This document shows, in pieces, positions 1-10,764 of a DNA stretch of 29,577 nt. This DNA comes from Azolla caroliniana (lineage: Eukaryota; Plantae; Polypodiophyta): contig JBHGNT010000387.1 in assembly GCA_043228905.1 (NCBI GenBank), positions 1 to 29,577 of the forward strand, given 5' to 3'. The position numbers and the translations under genes were made by a program. The notes beneath the pieces are model-generated. The model did not search any database and was not told where the DNA came from. It saw only the letters and a list, made by a program, of their open reading frames with translations. How positions within the stretch are numbered: the first letter of the stretch is position 1; each line of letters opens with the position of its first letter.

Positions 1-141
1 GCCAATGATCCTTCGGATCACTCTCCCCTAAATTATGATCAGGTGTTTATTCGTGATTTCATACCTTCAGCTATTGCATTCTTGCTGAAAGGTGAATTTG
101 AAATTGTCAGACACTTCATCCTCTATACACTTCAGCTCCAG
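1..141 (+). CDS. INVE: Alkaline/neutral invertase (GH100), alpha/organellar clade, InvE-like; first visible exon (5' end outside window)
   Basis: Frame 1 reads [47 protein letters not shown], followed by a GT donor at 142 (phase 0). [11 protein letters not shown] is the GH100 signature. Confidence 0.95.
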
Positions 142-336
142 GTTTGTGTTCTCACTTCAAGTTTTGCTGATTGTTTGCATAACATGCATACACTAGTGTT
201 ATGCTGTGCATGAATGCTATGTGTAAAATATAAAGAAAGGAATTCATTAACATCCACCAGAACCGATAAAGCTATACCTAAACCCTAGTTCCAAAAGTGT
301 TAATTATTATGCTAAAAGATTATTTGGATGTAGAGA

Positions 337-835
337 AAGTGAGTGAGTGTGAGAGACAAAGAGTTTCCAAGAGACCTTTGGTATGGATAACCCCTTAACG
401 ACCTCGATCTATGCTTAAATAGACAATAGTATGTATCACACTCTTATGTTCTCATAAGCTAGAAATATTATGCATTCAGGAGTTCTAGTAAATAATTCAC
501 CTATAACCCCTCAAAACTCAGGAGTGGTCTCAACAATATTGATAAAATATAAGAAAAAGCTAGCATATTTCAATTTGATAAAATATAAAAAGTGAGTGAG
601 TGTGTGTGTGAGAGAGAGTTTCCAAGATGCCTTTGGTATGGAGAACCCCTTAACGACCTCGATCCATGCTTAAATAGACAATAGTATGCATCACACTCTT
701 ATGTTCTCATAAGCTAGAGATATCATGTATTCAGGAGTTCTATTAAATAATTCACCTATAACCCCTCAAAACTCAAGAGTGGTCTAAACAATATTGATAT
801 ATTATAAGAAAAAGCTAGCATATTTCAATTTGATA
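337..835. repeat. ~255-bp tandem duplication in invertase intron
   Basis: GAGTTTCCAAGA...TAGCATATTTCAATTTGATA occurs at 361-580 and 616-835 with few substitutions; both copies are preceded by AAGTGAGTGAGTGTG. Confidence 0.92.
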
Positions 836-938
836 CACTCCCATGATCTTATGCACTGTATTGACAGACCTTACATTAAGCATCTTGCTGACGTATTAAA
901 GGATCTGTAGATTGTATATGCATTGGGCAAGCAAGCAA

Positions 939-1219
939 CAGGGAGTTATACCCGTGTCTTAGAGCACGATGCTGTTTCCTGAAGCAGCCCACGCCCCACA
1001 AACTATCTGCAGATTGATAGAGATTCCGTGTTCAGTCTCTGATAGGAGGGAAGATTCACCCTCCCAGTCAGGTTGTCCCCTTGTGAGAGGTTTTTGCATA
1101 TCGCAGTTTGGAATTTATTGAAGGCCTGTGGCCTAGCTTAGCCTTTATTCTGTAGTGAGGGCGTTCATGCATCGAGCAGTATTACTGTTCCCTGTGTTTC
1201 CACAGGGCACAGCCTTTTT
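939..1219 (-). other. Truncated group I intron relic (cox1i395-like) belonging to the NUMT
   Basis: Begins right after the GWTV-equivalent codons. Shows an IGS-like GCTGT able to pair with an ancestral exon ACAGT, a GAAA-capped hairpin CCCTGTG/CACAGGG (1207-1190), R-like TCAGAGACTGAAC (1042-1030), P3-like ATTCC/GGAAT, degenerate S-like AAGACACGGGT (960-950) and the start of a P9-like AACTCCCTG. Confidence 0.7.
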
Positions 1220-1608
1220 ATCTGCCCTTCCAATGCCACTGCCCACCTCTAGTGAGGTCAAACTTGATGAAAGCAACTGCAAACATGACGACAACTGAAA
1301 TAGAATATTTTGTAATAATGGAAATACTGTGTTATGTGTACCTGTAAGAATCAGACCAAACTAGTTCCCGAATCCACCTGTCATCGCCAGTGTAACTAGA
1401 AGGGATGTTGTTAAAGTTGTGTAGGAGATTATGAACACATATAGGGTTAATAATTTCTACCTAGATATGCTGATTCCATAGAGATAGTACTAAGAGGTGT
1501 GTGCCCATTACTCCTGCTGTGAAAAGTAACACCAAAGATTGGGTGTAGGGTACATAGATTGTGTTAGCTCATAGAAAATAGCCATCTTTACACCAACCGT
1601 TTGTACAT
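1220..1608 (-). pseudogene. cox1: Nuclear copy of mitochondrial cox1 5' region (NUMT), degraded
   Basis: Minus strand gives, in COX1 order and spacing: RWLFS (1587-1573), AGVMGT (1517-1500), ME(S)A, AM(T)GGFGN*F (GGFGN 1378-1364), FP..NI.F, and EVGSG(I)G (1249-1235). Codons ~102-131 align without gaps to plant COX1. Stops and small indels are present. Confidence 0.88.
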
Positions 1609-1783
1609 GAAAGAGTCTTGGCTACTATAATCAATGCAAAGGAGATGAATCCTATTGCATATACAGTCAGATTGAAGAAATCCTAAAATCCAATAATCAG
1701 TTCCAAAACTAAAAAGTCTTCTAGATCTTTCAGGACTTCTGTGTGTTGAGCACTTGATAATCTGAGTATATTGAATCATTAAC

Positions 1784-2006
1784 TTAGAACCAATCTATGA
1801 TCACAATATACAATGAGCAATCAGGTCTATTTACAGTTAGCCTTTCTGATGACTCATGGATTAACTAATGTCAAAACTCAAGAGAAGTCCCAACAATGTG
1901 ATAATCTGTGCATATCTAGTCATCTAGTCATTAGATTAGAGCCAATTTATGATCACAATATACCTGAGGAATGAGGTCCATTTACAGTTGCGCCCTCTGA
2001 TGACTC
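1784..2006. repeat. Diverged ~72-bp direct repeat pair, ~152-bp period
   Basis: TTAGAaCCAATcTATGATCACAATATAC...TTTACAGTT...TCTGATGACTC at 1784-1855 and 1936-2006. Confidence 0.8.
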
Positions 2007-3571
2007 CAAGCTCCAAACTGATATATGCGATGACGTGATGGTTTCCTGTGGGTGATCTGGAAAATCATAGCACTCCTGTTTACATGGAGTCATAAGTAGA
2101 GTGATTGCAGCTACTATAGAAAATAATACTCTAGTATAAATTGAAATCTTTGATTACCACTCAGGTGATTGAAATTGATCTGCACTGCCTATTTAAGGCT
2201 TCTCTATATCAAGTGGCATGTATATTCTATGTTCTTTGCGGTCCCATAGCCATATTGTCTATTCAGAATAGTAGGCAGAGGGATTGCAGCCATCACCAAA
2301 ATGGATACCCTTACACACATTGAAATGACTGTTCATTACTTGGCTGCTTGAATATGTTCTGAGCTGCATATGTCATACTTCTCTGTCTTAAGTTCAAAAT
2401 GGTGGAGCATGTATATTCCACATTTTCTATGGATTTTTGTCCATAACTGACTATTTCTATTAATACCTGGCAGGAAAATACATGGATTTGATAAATAGCA
2501 TACCTCTATGTAGTACTTTGCTGTTTTCCACCTATATATTCAAACTTTTCTATGAAGTGATCACAAGAGAGGCTATCAATGGTAAAATACCAAAACAGTC
2601 ATGAAAAATTATGGGAAACATTGTCTAGCTTTGGAAACTAGTCATATATAATGGCTTATCAAAATAGGCAAGAAACACTTACGGAAACCTCCATTCCCTC
2701 ATATCCATTCATGATCCCTAAATCCCTTTATTGATTAACCAACTGGAGATTTTAATATGCACAATGTTCGCGAAGTGAACTATCTTTGTTATTGATTGGA
2801 TTTCCAATGCTTGCTAAACAATAAATGAGATTCAGTTGTATCATCCCTAGTCAACCCAAAATTTGATTTTTAATGGCAGTAGAAGATATCTTAACGTTTT
2901 TTTTTCTTTATCCAAAATCACTCAGACAAGAAGGATGTGGTTTTGATGAAAACCAATTTTTGGAACACAACTCAAATAAGAATAGGGTAAGTAGTTCCCT
3001 ATAATGGCTTTATCCTAAATAATTACCTCTAAGAGAGAATAGGCTTCTAGTTAAGGGCACTGGCATCCCTTTGTCTGTCCAGTAGCTTGAAGAATGGCGA
3101 GAAGGTACTCTTTAATCAATGATGAAATTGCCATTTCCGTCTCTGTATTCTTAATATACCCCGCTTGCTTGCACAACCATCTACCATTTATATATTTTCC
3201 TATGACACTTTTTTGAATATAGATATTCTCTTTGTCATTTTAACCGCTACCTCTGCTCCCTTTTTAAAAGCAGTTAATAACTACATAAACATATGTAGAG
3301 AATAATGAAGATGGTGACTTGCTGTTGGAGTGTCTACTGGTTTAATTCATTATCCAAATACAATACTGTGTTTATAAAGTTTCAAAAATTTCCTATGAAC
3401 TTCATGGTTGGATTTAACTTATGCTAGAGAATCTCTGAATGCTAATAAATAGATTTCATTCATATTATTTGTAGAAATTTATTCAAATTGAATTTTAAAT
3501 ATTAGTGGTTAATTCCAATGCACCACTGAAAGCTTTCAATGAATAAAGTAATGTCTGCTTTAACATTGTAG

Positions 3572-3737
3572 AGCTGGGAAAAGACCGTTGATTGCTACAG
3601 TCCTGGACAAGGTCTTATGCCTGCGAGCTTCAAAGTAGGACTTATTCCTCGTGATGGTGATGAAAATGTTATGGAGGAGACTTTGGATCCTGATTTTGGT
3701 GAAGCAGCAATAGGACGAGTTGCACCAGTTGATTCAG
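3572..3737 (+). CDS. INVE: A/N invertase exon 2 (visible)
   Basis: AG at 3570-3571; [22 protein letters not shown]...[18 protein letters not shown]; GT at 3738 (phase 1). Confidence 0.95.
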
Positions 3738-3854
3738 GTCCTCTTTTGTACTCCCAATTTTAGTGACCAGGGGCAGCTGCATCTTATTAAATTCGTTAGG
3801 TGGACATCTTAATGTATCTGTATACACATTACTGAATTGTTTCATCTGCTTTAG

Positions 3855-4066
3855 GTCTCTGGTGGATTATTCTTTTAAGAGCATACGGGAAGTGCACGGG
3901 GGATCTGTCTTTGCAAGAGAGAGTTGATGTTCAGACAGGCATTAAGATGATCTTGAAACTATGCCTAGCAGATGGTTTCGATATGTTTCCTACTCTGCTG
4001 GTTACTGATGGCTCTTGTATGATTGATCGTAGGATGGGCATCCATGGACATCCACTGGAGATTCAA
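3855..4066 (+). CDS. INVE: A/N invertase exon 3
   Basis: TTAG acceptor; (G)[16 protein letters not shown]...[20 protein letters not shown]; GTATGA donor at 4067; phases match the flanking exons. Confidence 0.95.
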
Positions 4067-4159
4067 GTATGAATATCTGCTTCCTCGACAATGTTTACAT
4101 AGCTCATAAATATTGATCTATTTTATCATGTTTGATTGGTTATTCTCTGGAATGGTTAG

Positions 4160-4653
4160 GCTTTATTTTACTCAGCTCTACGCTGTGCACGAGAGATGCT
4201 TACACCTGAAGATGGATCCCTGGATCTCATCAGGGCCATGATAAATAGACTGATTGCACTCTCCTTCCATATACGAGAATACTACTGGGTAGATACAAAG
4301 AAACTAAATGAAATATACAGGTACAAGACAGAAGAGTATTCTTACGATGCTGTCAATAAATTCAATATTTATCCAGATCAAATACCTCCGTGGTTGGTAG
4401 AGTGGATGCCTGATCGTGGCGGTTACCTTATAGGCAATCTACAACCTGCACATATGGACTTTCGATTCTTTTCTCTAGGCAACTTATGGTCAATAGTTGG
4501 ATCTCTTTCCACTCCAGAACAGTCAAATGCCATTTTGGATCTAATTGAGGCGAAATGGACAGATCTAATAGCAAATATGCCTCTCAAGATATGCTATCCT
4601 GCTCTAGAAGGTGAAGAATGGAGAATAATTACCGGAAGCGACCCCAAGAACAC
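4160..4653 (+). CDS. INVE: A/N invertase exon 4
   Basis: [20 protein letters not shown]...[13 protein letters not shown]...[21 protein letters not shown] (ORF 4196-4657); GTAATC donor at 4654 (phase 2). Confidence 0.96.
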
Positions 4654-5926
4654 GTAATCTCTATTCTCTTTTCTATGCATTTCATTTGAGTGAAAAAAGG
4701 TGTAAAAAACAGATAGCTAGGATTCCCACAGCAGAAACAACAATATATAAATATAATTTGTGCCAAACAGAATATACATCAGATGATTGGTAAGAGTACA
4801 CTAAGTACTTTTGTGTTTCCTGTTGCCCCTTTATGCTGAATAAAAAATAGGTTTTGACTGCAATTAGTAGTCACAAAGTATTTCAGTTTTACTGGAAGGG
4901 CACGCAATAATGGCTTCATGGGGTCAATATTACTCTAAGGAGGAGGCTAATGCAAATGTCGTAGATTACATTCCATTTGCTATGCTTGCTGGAAACTGTC
5001 ATCTCGGCCAAGTAAAAAAGACTTTGCCATGCAGATTTAAGTAATAAATACAAGCCAAATTCAGGAGAAAGCAATCAACAGGTCCCTCTCTTCAATGTAT
5101 AGACAGAATTTTATCCTCATCACTAGGAGCCAAAAACAATGGTTTACTTCAGATTTTTCAACAGAAGCAGTATAACTATCTGTGTTAGAAGCACATTTAT
5201 TACATCCACATCAAGAAATTTAGTTATGATTCACATAGATGATAGAAATCATCCAGTCAACCATAAGAAAGAATATATAATGAGATGAAGCAAAGTGGAT
5301 CAATACAGGCCTATAATACTAAGCATTTGGATTGTGAAGAGTGATGAAACTTTTGGAACTCAATGATTCTTCATACCTAAAGACCAATATATGCGAATAA
5401 ATATACAGGTTTCCAATATAGAATTTAACTGATTATAAATGATTTACATGGTGGTTGTATGTCCTATTCTGAGTAAATATGGAACAATTAAAGATGAAAA
5501 CTAGATCTATAAACATGTTAAGCTCATTTGTCTTGTGGATCAACAATAATGAATCAAAGCAGGTTGACAGTCTATGGTCCATCTGTTGTTTGGGAAAAAC
5601 TTTTTATCCAGTGCCATTTTCATGCTTGAAATAACAAGACTCTAGGAAAATATGCTCTAGAGTTTTTTAGGATATTCATGTGCATATAGATCGCCATTTG
5701 CATATCAGAAATTTCAATATCATTGTTGTGTGTTTTTACCTAACATAACTTCACCATATGACTCTTGGAACTGGGAATGGTTTGGCATCCATTTTCTTAA
5801 GATGTTGATGTGTGACTTCAACGCTTACACACTTTTTTCATATATTTTTTTATCTTATCATGGTGTCAATCACAATGGGGAGAATTTTCAATTGATATGC
5901 TCACGTCTCTTGCATCTTTTAATCAG

Positions 5927-5975
5927 AGCATGGTCTTACCACAATGGAGGTTCATGGCCGACTCTTCTATGGCAG
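5927..5975 (+). CDS. INVE: A/N invertase exon 5
   Basis: CAG acceptor; (T)AWSYHNGGSWPTLLWQ; GT at 5976. Confidence 0.95.
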
Positions 5976-6009
5976 GTCTGTTTTTTTGGTATATGTACCA
6001 AAGCATGAT

Positions 6010-6300
6010 GATCATCTATATAAATGTAATCGAAATCATCATTCTCATCGTCATCTGTGTATGTAATTTAACATTGTCATTATTATAATTCATCTTGTCT
6101 ATGTATGTAATCCGACATCATCATTCATATTCATCATCTCTCCAATATAACTATTATCATCATGCTCCCGGTCATCATCATATGCAATCTAACATCACTG
6201 TGGTCATGCTCATCATTGTCATCATCTCTCTATACATCAGCAACATCACCATTAGTATCTCTCTATACATGTAATCTGGCTCAGCATCTTTATTATGCTC
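6010..6300. repeat. Degenerate (CAT)n-rich low-complexity tract in last invertase intron
   Basis: Many CATCAT / CATCATCTCTC(T)ATACAT variants. Confidence 0.6.
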
Positions 6301-6375
6301 ATCAATGATGAACAACTCTCTCTATATGCATGCAATCTGAAGACAAAAACCCTACACGTAATGTTGATATTGCAG

Positions 6376-6699
6376 CTAACAACTGCATGCATAAAAATGA
6401 AGAGGCCAGAGATCGCACGGAGGGCGATTGAAGTGGCAGAGAAGAGGATATCTAAAGACAGATGGCCAGAGTATTATGATCTTAAGACAGGAAAATTCAT
6501 AGGCAAACAAGCTAGATTATATCAAACATGGTCAATAGCTGGGTACCTTACGGCGAAATTGCTTCTTCGTAAACCTGAGTTTGCAAATATCTTAACATGT
6601 GATGAAGATTTCAGCCTCTTGGAAGCACGTTCTCAACTGGAGGCCTCGCCAAAGAGAAAGAGAAGCCTTAAAGGTGTTCCCAAACCCTTCCTTGTGTAA
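6376..6699 (+). CDS. INVE: A/N invertase terminal exon
   Basis: TGCAG acceptor; [12 protein letters not shown]...WPEYYD...[16 protein letters not shown]...PFLV then TAA. The C-terminus resembles plastid InvE-type enzymes (PFIV); subclade assigned from recalled sequence. Confidence 0.94.
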   Translation, partial: LTTACIKMKRPEIARRAIEVAEKRISKDRWPEYYDLKTGKFIGKQARLYQTWSIAGYLTAKLLLRKPEFANILTCDEDFSLLEARSQLEASPKRKRSLKGVPKPFLV

Positions 6700-7978
6700 A
6701 AGTGCTAAGTCAGATTAAAAGAAGATCAACAAATACAACAAACACAACACAACACAACAATAATTGTTTGTGAAAAACAGAAGTAATAATAAAAACGCAA
6801 GGCCGATCTGACATGATCTTACATATAAAATTTTATTTAAACAATTATAAGGACAGTTGGTTTCCAGCTAGGAGAGAAAGCTATCAATTTCTAATCCAAG
6901 TTTCGTCATATATATGATTGATAAAATATGTACTCTTTCCGTTTTTTTTGGCTTTATTTTTGTTTTGAAGAGGCCTGCCTGGTGGTAAAAGATTTACCTA
7001 AATGCCCCTTGTGAATAAAAGGGTTGTGGGCAAATAGCATGTATGATTGAGAAACAAGAGGATGAATTGACCATACAATTGCTCGAATGGTACATATGAT
7101 GATGGTATACCAACATCCACAGATTGAACCTATGACATTTGGCTCATAAGAGTCACATTAGACCAATTGACTATACATATAATTGCTTGGGAGGGGGTTG
7201 CCAAGGGCATTTCTGAAAATAACATAACATAGGGTATTTGGGATAATCTTAAGTTTCGATCATGTAAAGTTTGCGTACGCGTGTGCGCACTTACACACAT
7301 TGAAGCTGGTTCTTTGCAGCTTAACAATGATACTCATAATATGTAGTTAAAATATACCAACCTTACCACAAACTCTTCCGTTAATATGTACACATTAGTC
7401 GTGTATATTTGAAGCTATTTTGATATTCTAAGACTTGTAATCTTTAGAAGATATACACCTTTTTACTTGACAAAATTCCAAGCTTTTGGGAAAAAGAAGT
7501 TATATATAATTTGGGAATGATGTGAACGATGTAAAAGTTGGACTTACTAAGATATAAATGCTGGAACGATGTAAAAATTTGAGCTATTAGCTATAAAGGA
7601 AATGCTGAATGGCCACGAATCTGGTGATTCACATCTACATGGTTAAGGAAGATAAAATATGCTAGGGTATTTTTGCAAAACTTTTAAGATCAATTAGGCT
7701 CAGTATGTTATGCACATCAATCTTTATTTTAATCATCAAGGGATTTGATCATTCCAACAACATGAATGCTTGTGGCATGCATTGCTTTGTATTTACAGTA
7801 TAACATACCCGAATTTTATGTTAATGGCAAGCATAATATACATGACATAATGTAAGTTGCACACAATGAGGATTTGTTGAAAGTCAAATGTACATCTCAA
7901 TTCTCCATTTGAGATTGATAGATGTTGAGGAGCCGCTAGCTGTAAAGGTTTTCCTTATTAGTATCAGTATTCAAATCT

Positions 7979-8072
7979 CAAAATTTATCTACATTATATC
8001 TAGGGATGAAACCAAACCAAAATTTATCTACATTATATCTAGGGATGAAACCAAACCAAAATTTATCTACAT
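7979..8072. repeat. Perfect 39-bp tandem repeat, 2.4 copies
   Basis: Unit CAAAATTTATCTACATTATATCTAGGGATGAAACCAAAC at 7979 and 8018, partial at 8057. Confidence 0.95.
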
Positions 8073-8241
8073 GTTGATGGAGCATACCATGTATCTTAAT
8101 CATATCTTCTTGAGGTTAATTAACAATACTCACCTGACTCCTGTAGTTAGTGGAAATTCCATTGCAGCTGGAGAATAGAGGAATATGTCATCCACCAAAA
8201 GTGATTTAAAATCAAGCTTGGATGAAATATTTTTCTGTTCA

Positions 8242-10764
8242 CTACCTCCCTAGAGTAGCATATAAGTTTGATAACAGAATATATGAGGAGCCATTGCTGG
8301 GTTTTAAATTCACTGCATTCTGGAACACATGGTTTGCCAATTCTATGTTTCCATGTGTACGGCATGCACCAAGCAAGCATAACCAGAAAGACACATTAGC
8401 CTGCATAGGTATTCCCATAAAAAGAGCGTGTTCTATCTTTTTGAAGTCTCCGATACGCCCAAACAGGTCTAGTAGTGCAACATAATGCTTCAAGTCTGGG
8501 TAAAGGCTACATTGTGTAGTTATCAACTCAAAATACTTGAGACCTTCATTGACCTTACCATCATGACTACAAGCATAGAGGAGGGAAAGCATTGTGACAC
8601 AATCTGCCTTTACACCTGTGAATTGCATTCTCTCAAATACTTGAAAGCATTCAAGAAAATTTCCCTCATATGCATAACCAGCTATGCACGCATTCCATGA
8701 TACCAAATCTGGTTTGGACATACCAGAAAACACAGCCAATGCGTGTAGTCGGCTTGCACAACACCCATATGCATTCATTAGAGTATTTATAAGAGTAGTA
8801 GTTATATCCAACCCAGTTGAAATAATGATAAAATGAAGTTTCTTGCATATATGGAGGTTAGTTATCTGACAGCAAGCTTGCAAAACACATACCAAAGTTA
8901 TTTCATCCAAACTCATGCCTTCTACTTCCATCTTGGTGTACAACTCTAAAGCTTTCCCTGCGTAGCCATGCTCTATATAAGCTGACATCATCGCATTCCA
9001 CGTAACTGAATTACGTTGTATCAGTTCGCTATCGAAGACAGTCTCAGCTTCCAGAATCATTCCACATTTACCATACATGCTTACAAGAGCACTATCCATC
9101 ACAACATCCGAAAGAAGACCTTTCTTCCAGATTTCTACATGGAATGCCTGTCCAATATCTAATGATGCCAACTTTGGGAATTTACCATCCTCATCATCAG
9201 CAAGAGAGCCACATGCTTGAAGACAAATCACATATGTGAGTTTATTTGGATTCTCGTCGTTTTTTCTCATTTCTCTGTATAACTGTAAACCCTTGCCTGC
9301 TTTTCCATGCTCCACATATGCTGAAAGCATGGCATTCCAAGAGACCACATCTGGCTCGTGAAGAGATTGGAAGACATGCTCAGCTCTAGAAATGTTGCCA
9401 CACTTCCCATACATACTGATGAGAGTATTATTAATATAGATGTTTGAGCTGAAACAGTGTTGTTTTCGAATATGAGCATGTATCGCCTGACCAATGTCAT
9501 ATGCAATTGCTTTGGTTCCTTGGGCACAATTAGAGGTTATATTGTCACCATCTACTAGAGTACCACATGCTTGGAGGGTTATGACAAATGTAAGCATGTC
9601 TTGATGTATCTCTTCATTTAACATCTGCCGAAAAATATGGAAAGCATTCCCTACTTGGAAATGTTGCACATACATTGAGAGCATTGCATTCCATGTGACA
9701 ACATCATGGCTAGGTAACAAGCTAAAAACATTCTCTGCACCAATGGTATTTCCACATTTTCCATACATACTAATAAGGGCATTGGCAACATAAACACTTG
9801 AAACAAGGTCCTTGCGAATTGCATCTAGATGTAATGCTTTCCCTATTTCAAGAGAGATAAAAAACTTCAGCTTAATAGCTTCTTCCCCATCTATCAAAAT
9901 CATACATGCTCTAAGGGCAGAAACAAATGAATGGAAATCTGGGCTTACACCTTGTTTTTGCATTTCTCTATACACTAACAATACGTGTGCTCCTTCATCC
10001 CGACAAAGGTATGTTGTGAGTACCGAATTCCAGGAAGCAATTGAGTGCTCATGTGATGTTTCTAGCACATATATTGCTTCTCTAACACTCCCACATTTCC
10101 CATACATATTCACCATTGCGTCATTGATAAAAGCATCCAGGACCACATTTTTCTTCTGAATATGAGAATGCAATGCACGACCAATCTCGTGGAAAACTAC
10201 ACAATTCATTTCTCCTTCCACCACCACATTCCCATGCCCTCCAAGGGTCGCACACGCTCGTAACACGATGGTAAATGTGACAAGATCTGGGGAAAACAGC
10301 TTTTCTTCTAGAAGTTGTCGGAATCCGAGCAAAGCATTCACAGGACGATCATTTTCAAGATATGTGGAGAGCATAGCATTCCAAGAGAAAACATCACGCT
10401 TAGACAAACCCATGAATATAAATTCAGCATCTATGGGACAACCACATTTGCTATACATTCGAATGAGGTTAATACTAATGAACAGCACTGATGTTAATCC
10501 CTTCTTTTCAGCATCGGCATGGAACCTCTTCCCTTTCTCGAGATCACAAGTAGAGCCACAATCTTTGATAAGACTCGCAAAAGTGGTTAAATGGTTGTTT
10601 GGAGGTTGCATTGTATGGAGCGTCTCCTCCTTATGTTGCACACAAGAGGATGCATAGAAGGCAACCTGATACCATCTATAATCAACATAACTGGCCGGCA
10701 AGCCATGTGGCATGCTTATCAAGTACGCATTAGCTTCTTGGAGAGCTCCACATTTGGCCAACAT
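8242..10764 (-). CDS. PLS-class pentatricopeptide repeat protein, E subgroup (no DYW); probable organellar RNA-editing specificity factor
   Basis: Uninterrupted ORF with about 19 L/S/P motifs (e.g. VYVANALISMYGKCG, DVVTWNAML, TFVITLQAC), then P2-L2-S2 (LLYACSHDG, HYVALLDLFGRIG), E1 (FWLCLLGACRTHGN) and a truncated E2 (SYILLSNLYA). The ORF track start at 10878 is GTG; the first in-frame ATG is 10764, so the start is uncertain. Confidence 0.92.
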   Translation of the reverse strand: MLAKCGALQEANAYLISMPHGLPASYVDYRWYQVAFYASSCVQHKEETLHTMQPPNNHLTTFASLIKDCGSTCDLEKGKRFHADAEKKGLTSVLFISINLIRMYSKCGCPIDAEFIFMGLSKRDVFSWNAMLSTYLENDRPVNALLGFRQLLEEKLFSPDLVTFTIVLRACATLGGHGNVVVEGEMNCVVFHEIGRALHSHIQKKNVVLDAFINDAMVNMYGKCGSVREAIYVLETSHEHSIASWNSVLTTYLCRDEGAHVLLVYREMQKQGVSPDFHSFVSALRACMILIDGEEAIKLKFFISLEIGKALHLDAIRKDLVSSVYVANALISMYGKCGNTIGAENVFSLLPSHDVVTWNAMLSMYVQHFQVGNAFHIFRQMLNEEIHQDMLTFVITLQACGTLVDGDNITSNCAQGTKAIAYDIGQAIHAHIRKQHCFSSNIYINNTLISMYGKCGNISRAEHVFQSLHEPDVVSWNAMLSAYVEHGKAGKGLQLYREMRKNDENPNKLTYVICLQACGSLADDEDGKFPKLASLDIGQAFHVEIWKKGLLSDVVMDSALVSMYGKCGMILEAETVFDSELIQRNSVTWNAMMSAYIEHGYAGKALELYTKMEVEGMSLDEITLVCVLQACCQITNLHICKKLHFIIISTGLDITTTLINTLMNAYGCCASRLHALAVFSGMSKPDLVSWNACIAGYAYEGNFLECFQVFERMQFTGVKADCVTMLSLLYACSHDGKVNEGLKYFELITTQCSLYPDLKHYVALLDLFGRIGDFKKIEHALFMGIPMQANVSFWLCLLGACRTHGNIELANHVFQNAVNLKPSNGSSYILLSNLYATLGR

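Noticed and set aside
277-287. CCTAAACCCTA telomere-like / telomerase-template-like word
   Set aside because: Only ~1.5 units, with no USE/TATA Pol III promoter or array; at most an isolated telo-box.
1846-2003. CTGATGA in both direct repeats, suggesting hammerhead ribozymes or C/D boxes
   Set aside because: No stem II followed by GAAA and no convincing flanking stems or box partners.
5927-5933. Invertase NTAWSYHNGG instead of NTPWSYHNGG
   Set aside because: This position already differs between clades (P versus R), so no functional claim is supportable.
7000-7680. AAATGCCCCTTG / CAAGGGCATTT inverted words and AGGGTATTT motifs, MITE- or MULE-like
   Set aside because: Too short; no extended TIRs or TSD found.
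7979-8072. 39-bp repeats as a CRISPR array
   Set aside because: Head-to-tail identical units with no spacers, in a eukaryotic context.
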